Virus record (IMG/VR): IMGVR_UViG_2974570554_000001
Reading direction: 5' to 3' (one strand)
Length of the DNA: 64,000 nucleotides
Source: a virus
Lineage: Duplodnaviria > Heunggongvirae > Uroviricota > Caudoviricetes > Demerecviridae
The notes under the pieces are model-generated. The model was not told the origin of the DNA, did no database searches, and worked only from the letters and a program-made list of their open reading frames with translations. Position 1 is the first letter of the stretch. Each line of letters begins with the position of its first letter. A program made the position numbers and the translations under genes. Shown in pieces: positions 61,524 to 64,000 of the stretch.

Positions 61524-63188
61524 ATGAAACAAGTAAACGAAGTAATCACAGCAAACGCAACGGCAATCATTAAAGCGGCAAAAGGTCTTAACTTTTGGCA
61601 AAAACGCCTAGATACAAAACGCCGTGAATGTGCTATCGAAATTCGTGATACTCTCAAGCTAGATTTACATTCTACTGTTTTGGTGGAATGGCTAGACGAC
61701 AACAAGCCAGTCAAACCAGTAAAAGCAAAAAGTCATACACAGCAAGCACAGCAAGATATTGAGCCAACGTTTGCGGGTTCACTAACAGGTCGTGAGCGTG
61801 ACCAATTAGAAGACGGTGTTTATGTTCTAACAGCCGGACAAAACAACACTAATCCGCATCCAGTGTTAAAAACATTGCTATCAATTGCAAATGAGCTTGA
61901 TGCTGAATTTGGTATTATGCCAATCAAATACACAACTGTATTGCAAGGTCGTGAGCGCAAAGAGCCTAAATATCATGCAGATATTAAAATGCATGTTCTA
62001 GAGCCTGTTGATACTTGGCTAGGTGGTGAAGGTAACGTGCTACTAGCTAACAGTGCCCAGATTCTACCAACGGCTAAACAGCCAATTAACGCCGCTGAGC
62101 GTTTGAACACTGGTGAATCTATGACCATTGTTGCAAGTCCTCGCCGCCAAGCGAAAACGCTATCACGCCAGAAAAACGGTGCATTCCGTTGGGTTTATAC
62201 TACTGGTGTGTGTACTCAAATGCATTACACTGACAGCCGAGCAGGGGCGGAAGCTGAAGCCGAACATTGCTTAGGTGGTCTATTGATTGAAGTCAAAGAC
62301 GGTTTAGTGAGCCACCGCCGACTAACAGCCGATGAAAACGGCGTGATTATTGATGCAGGTTCGGTGTACTTCCCTGACGGCTCAATCAAAGCTTACAATG
62401 ATGTTTTCGAGCAAAAGCCTGTTATCGTTCTAGGTGATTTGCATTGCGAAAAAATGTGTGACGATTCATTCACCAGAGCATTACGCCAAATTCACGACGT
62501 TAACCCGTCTCTAATCGTGGTTCATGATGCGCTTGATTTTATGAGCCGTAATCACCACAACCGTGAAGACTGGACATTCTTATACCAAATGCAAGACCGC
62601 TCAGTAATTGAAGATTTAACCGATGTAATCAACCACTTGAATGCACTTGCTGACTATGCGCCTGTTTTCATTGTTGAATCTAATCATGATTTAGCTCTAG
62701 ATTCTTGGGTACGTGACAATAAATTCGATGTTCGCAAAGACCCGAAAAACGCCCGTACTTATCACGCTCTAATGCTTGCTTACATTGAAGCAATGGACAA
62801 TAACGAGCTAGGCGATATGGCAAAAATGGATTTAGCATTCCGAGCACTTGCCGATAAATTGCCAGAGCTAAACAGCAATATTGAATTTGGTAAAATCGAC
62901 TCACAACGTCTAGTATTTGGTTATGATGTTTCTATGCATGGTCATGTTGGTACAGGTGGAGCGCGTGGCTCAGCAGTATCATTCAAAAAGATGCGCATCA
63001 AAACTGTAACAGGTCACACCCATTCACCATTTGAAGATAATAATACGGTTGTTGTTGGTGTAACAGGTTCGATGGAAATGGGCTACAACAAAGGCGGTAC
63101 AACTTGGGACAGAGCAAACGCCGTTGTTTACCCTAACTCAACTCACCAACTACTACCAACCTACCTAATCGGTGAAGAACAATTCTAA
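61524..63188 (+). CDS. A1-like calcineurin-type metallophosphoesterase (554 aa; putative host-DNA-degradation / DNA-transfer protein)
   Basis: VLGDLHCE, HDALD, ESNHD, GHVGTGG and GHTHSP phosphoesterase motifs in the C-terminal half; size matches T5 A1 (about 556 aa). Confidence 0.5.
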   Translation: MKQVNEVITANATAIIKAAKGLNFWQKRLDTKRRECAIEIRDTLKLDLHSTVLVEWLDDNKPVKPVKAKSHTQQAQQDIEPTFAGSLTGRERDQLEDGVYVLTAGQNNTNPHPVLKTLLSIANELDAEFGIMPIKYTTVLQGRERKEPKYHADIKMHVLEPVDTWLGGEGNVLLANSAQILPTAKQPINAAERLNTGESMTIVASPRRQAKTLSRQKNGAFRWVYTTGVCTQMHYTDSRAGAEAEAEHCLGGLLIEVKDGLVSHRRLTADENGVIIDAGSVYFPDGSIKAYNDVFEQKPVIVLGDLHCEKMCDDSFTRALRQIHDVNPSLIVVHDALDFMSRNHHNREDWTFLYQMQDRSVIEDLTDVINHLNALADYAPVFIVESNHDLALDSWVRDNKFDVRKDPKNARTYHALMLAYIEAMDNNELGDMAKMDLAFRALADKLPELNSNIEFGKIDSQRLVFGYDVSMHGHVGTGGARGSAVSFKKMRIKTVTGHTHSPFEDNNTVVVGVTGSMEMGYNKGGTTWDRANAVVYPNSTHQLLPTYLIGEEQF

Positions 63189-63207
63189 ACCGTAGCACAT
63201 AAACTAC

Positions 63208-63909
63208 GTGGCGGGCGCAAATGTGATGCCCGTCACACTTTTACTTAACCGCATAAGCGAGTATTTACCAATGAAAAAAGCATACATATTTGACCTAGAC
63301 GGAACAACAATTGATAGTTTTCACCGTGTTGAGCCGTGTCTTGATTCACAAGGTAACTTGAATCTAGATAAATATATTAAGGAAGCTTGCACTCCTGAAA
63401 AGGTAGCCAATGACAAACTGTTGCCCCTTGCCGGATACATGCAACAACTAATCAAACAGGGTGAACTTGTTATCATCCTAACAGCTCGTTACATGCTTAA
63501 TCATGATTATGTTTACCTACGCCGTAACCAATTGAGAACGCCTATCATTTGCAGCCGTGACCAATTGAGCCGTGTATTCGGTGAAGGTAATGCAGCCCGT
63601 ATCAGTGCAATGTCAGACGCACCATACAAACAACAATGGTTCGAGCATCTATTTGCTAGTATGCCACAAGTTACAGAATGGTGTTTCTTTGACGACCATG
63701 ACGGTATATTAGAAATGGCTAATTCATTAAAAGGTGTTACAGCTACAGACGCCAAATTGATGAATCAGTTGTTAGAAATGCAATGGGCTGACATTTACCG
63801 CCAAGGTGAACAAGACACCGCCGAGTTGATTCAAGACCTAATCGCTGAATGTTCACATCAAGACGTGATTTGCAAACCAGAATGGATTGACCAGCTTTTA
63901 GCTGAATAA
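63208..63909 (+). CDS. HAD-family 5'-deoxyribonucleotidase-like protein (Dmp-like)
   Basis: Internal MKKAYIFDLDGTTIDS (HAD motif I); 233 aa versus about 244 aa for T5 Dmp; lies next to the A1-like gene. Confidence 0.5.
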   Translation: MAGANVMPVTLLLNRISEYLPMKKAYIFDLDGTTIDSFHRVEPCLDSQGNLNLDKYIKEACTPEKVANDKLLPLAGYMQQLIKQGELVIILTARYMLNHDYVYLRRNQLRTPIICSRDQLSRVFGEGNAARISAMSDAPYKQQWFEHLFASMPQVTEWCFFDDHDGILEMANSLKGVTATDAKLMNQLLEMQWADIYRQGEQDTAELIQDLIAECSHQDVICKPEWIDQLLAE

Positions 63910-64000
63910 TCAAAGAAAAGCTGTACAAATGAGAATGATTACCGTCCTCAATAAGGGGGGCGGTAATGAGACTTGTTCTCATCTACGGTAGGGTGTGCAC

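Overview
This 64-kb window looks like a contiguous piece of a T5-like (Demerecviridae-type) lytic phage genome. It is AT-rich, and almost every gene is on the + strand. More than 30 copies of a T5 N25-type early promoter/leader module drive short operons. The window opens inside nrdD, then carries a redoxin gene, nrdB, nrdA and nrdG, a NADAR-domain gene, an HNH endonuclease, two RNase H-fold genes, a DnaQ-like exonuclease and a dNMP kinase. There is a cluster of about 25 tRNA genes (9.7-15.3 kb and 18.0-19.6 kb), interrupted by a T5orf172/GIY-YIG-like ORF and by putative stable ncRNAs. Two giant tail-fibre-like genes are followed by four secreted or lipoprotein genes. Holin and M15 endolysin genes sit together, and a possible spanin pair lies elsewhere. 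Further genes include a SpoT-like HD-domain hydrolase, an SPFH/band-7 protein, a Ser/Thr phosphatase, a tRNA-repair cassette (RNA ligase, P-loop kinase, metallophosphoesterase) and ThyX. One operon encodes a PRPP-synthetase homologue, a macro domain and a nicotinamide phosphoribosyltransferase homologue, which resembles a NARP1-type NAD+ reconstitution operon. A PnuC transporter is paired with a deoxyribosyltransferase-like gene, and there are two small outer-membrane beta-barrel proteins. Near 56.2 kb the T5-type promoters stop. They are followed by a 1.3-kb non-coding array of TTTGCACCT repeats and palindromes, two clusters of consensus DnaA boxes, a leftward operon of eight small genes, and a rightward sigma70-driven module of slightly higher GC (A1-like 554-aa metallophosphoesterase, HAD 5'-deoxynucleotidase-like, A2-position gene). 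I interpret this end as the first-step-transfer / terminal-repeat region. All coordinates are approximate and hand-derived, and no database search was possible.
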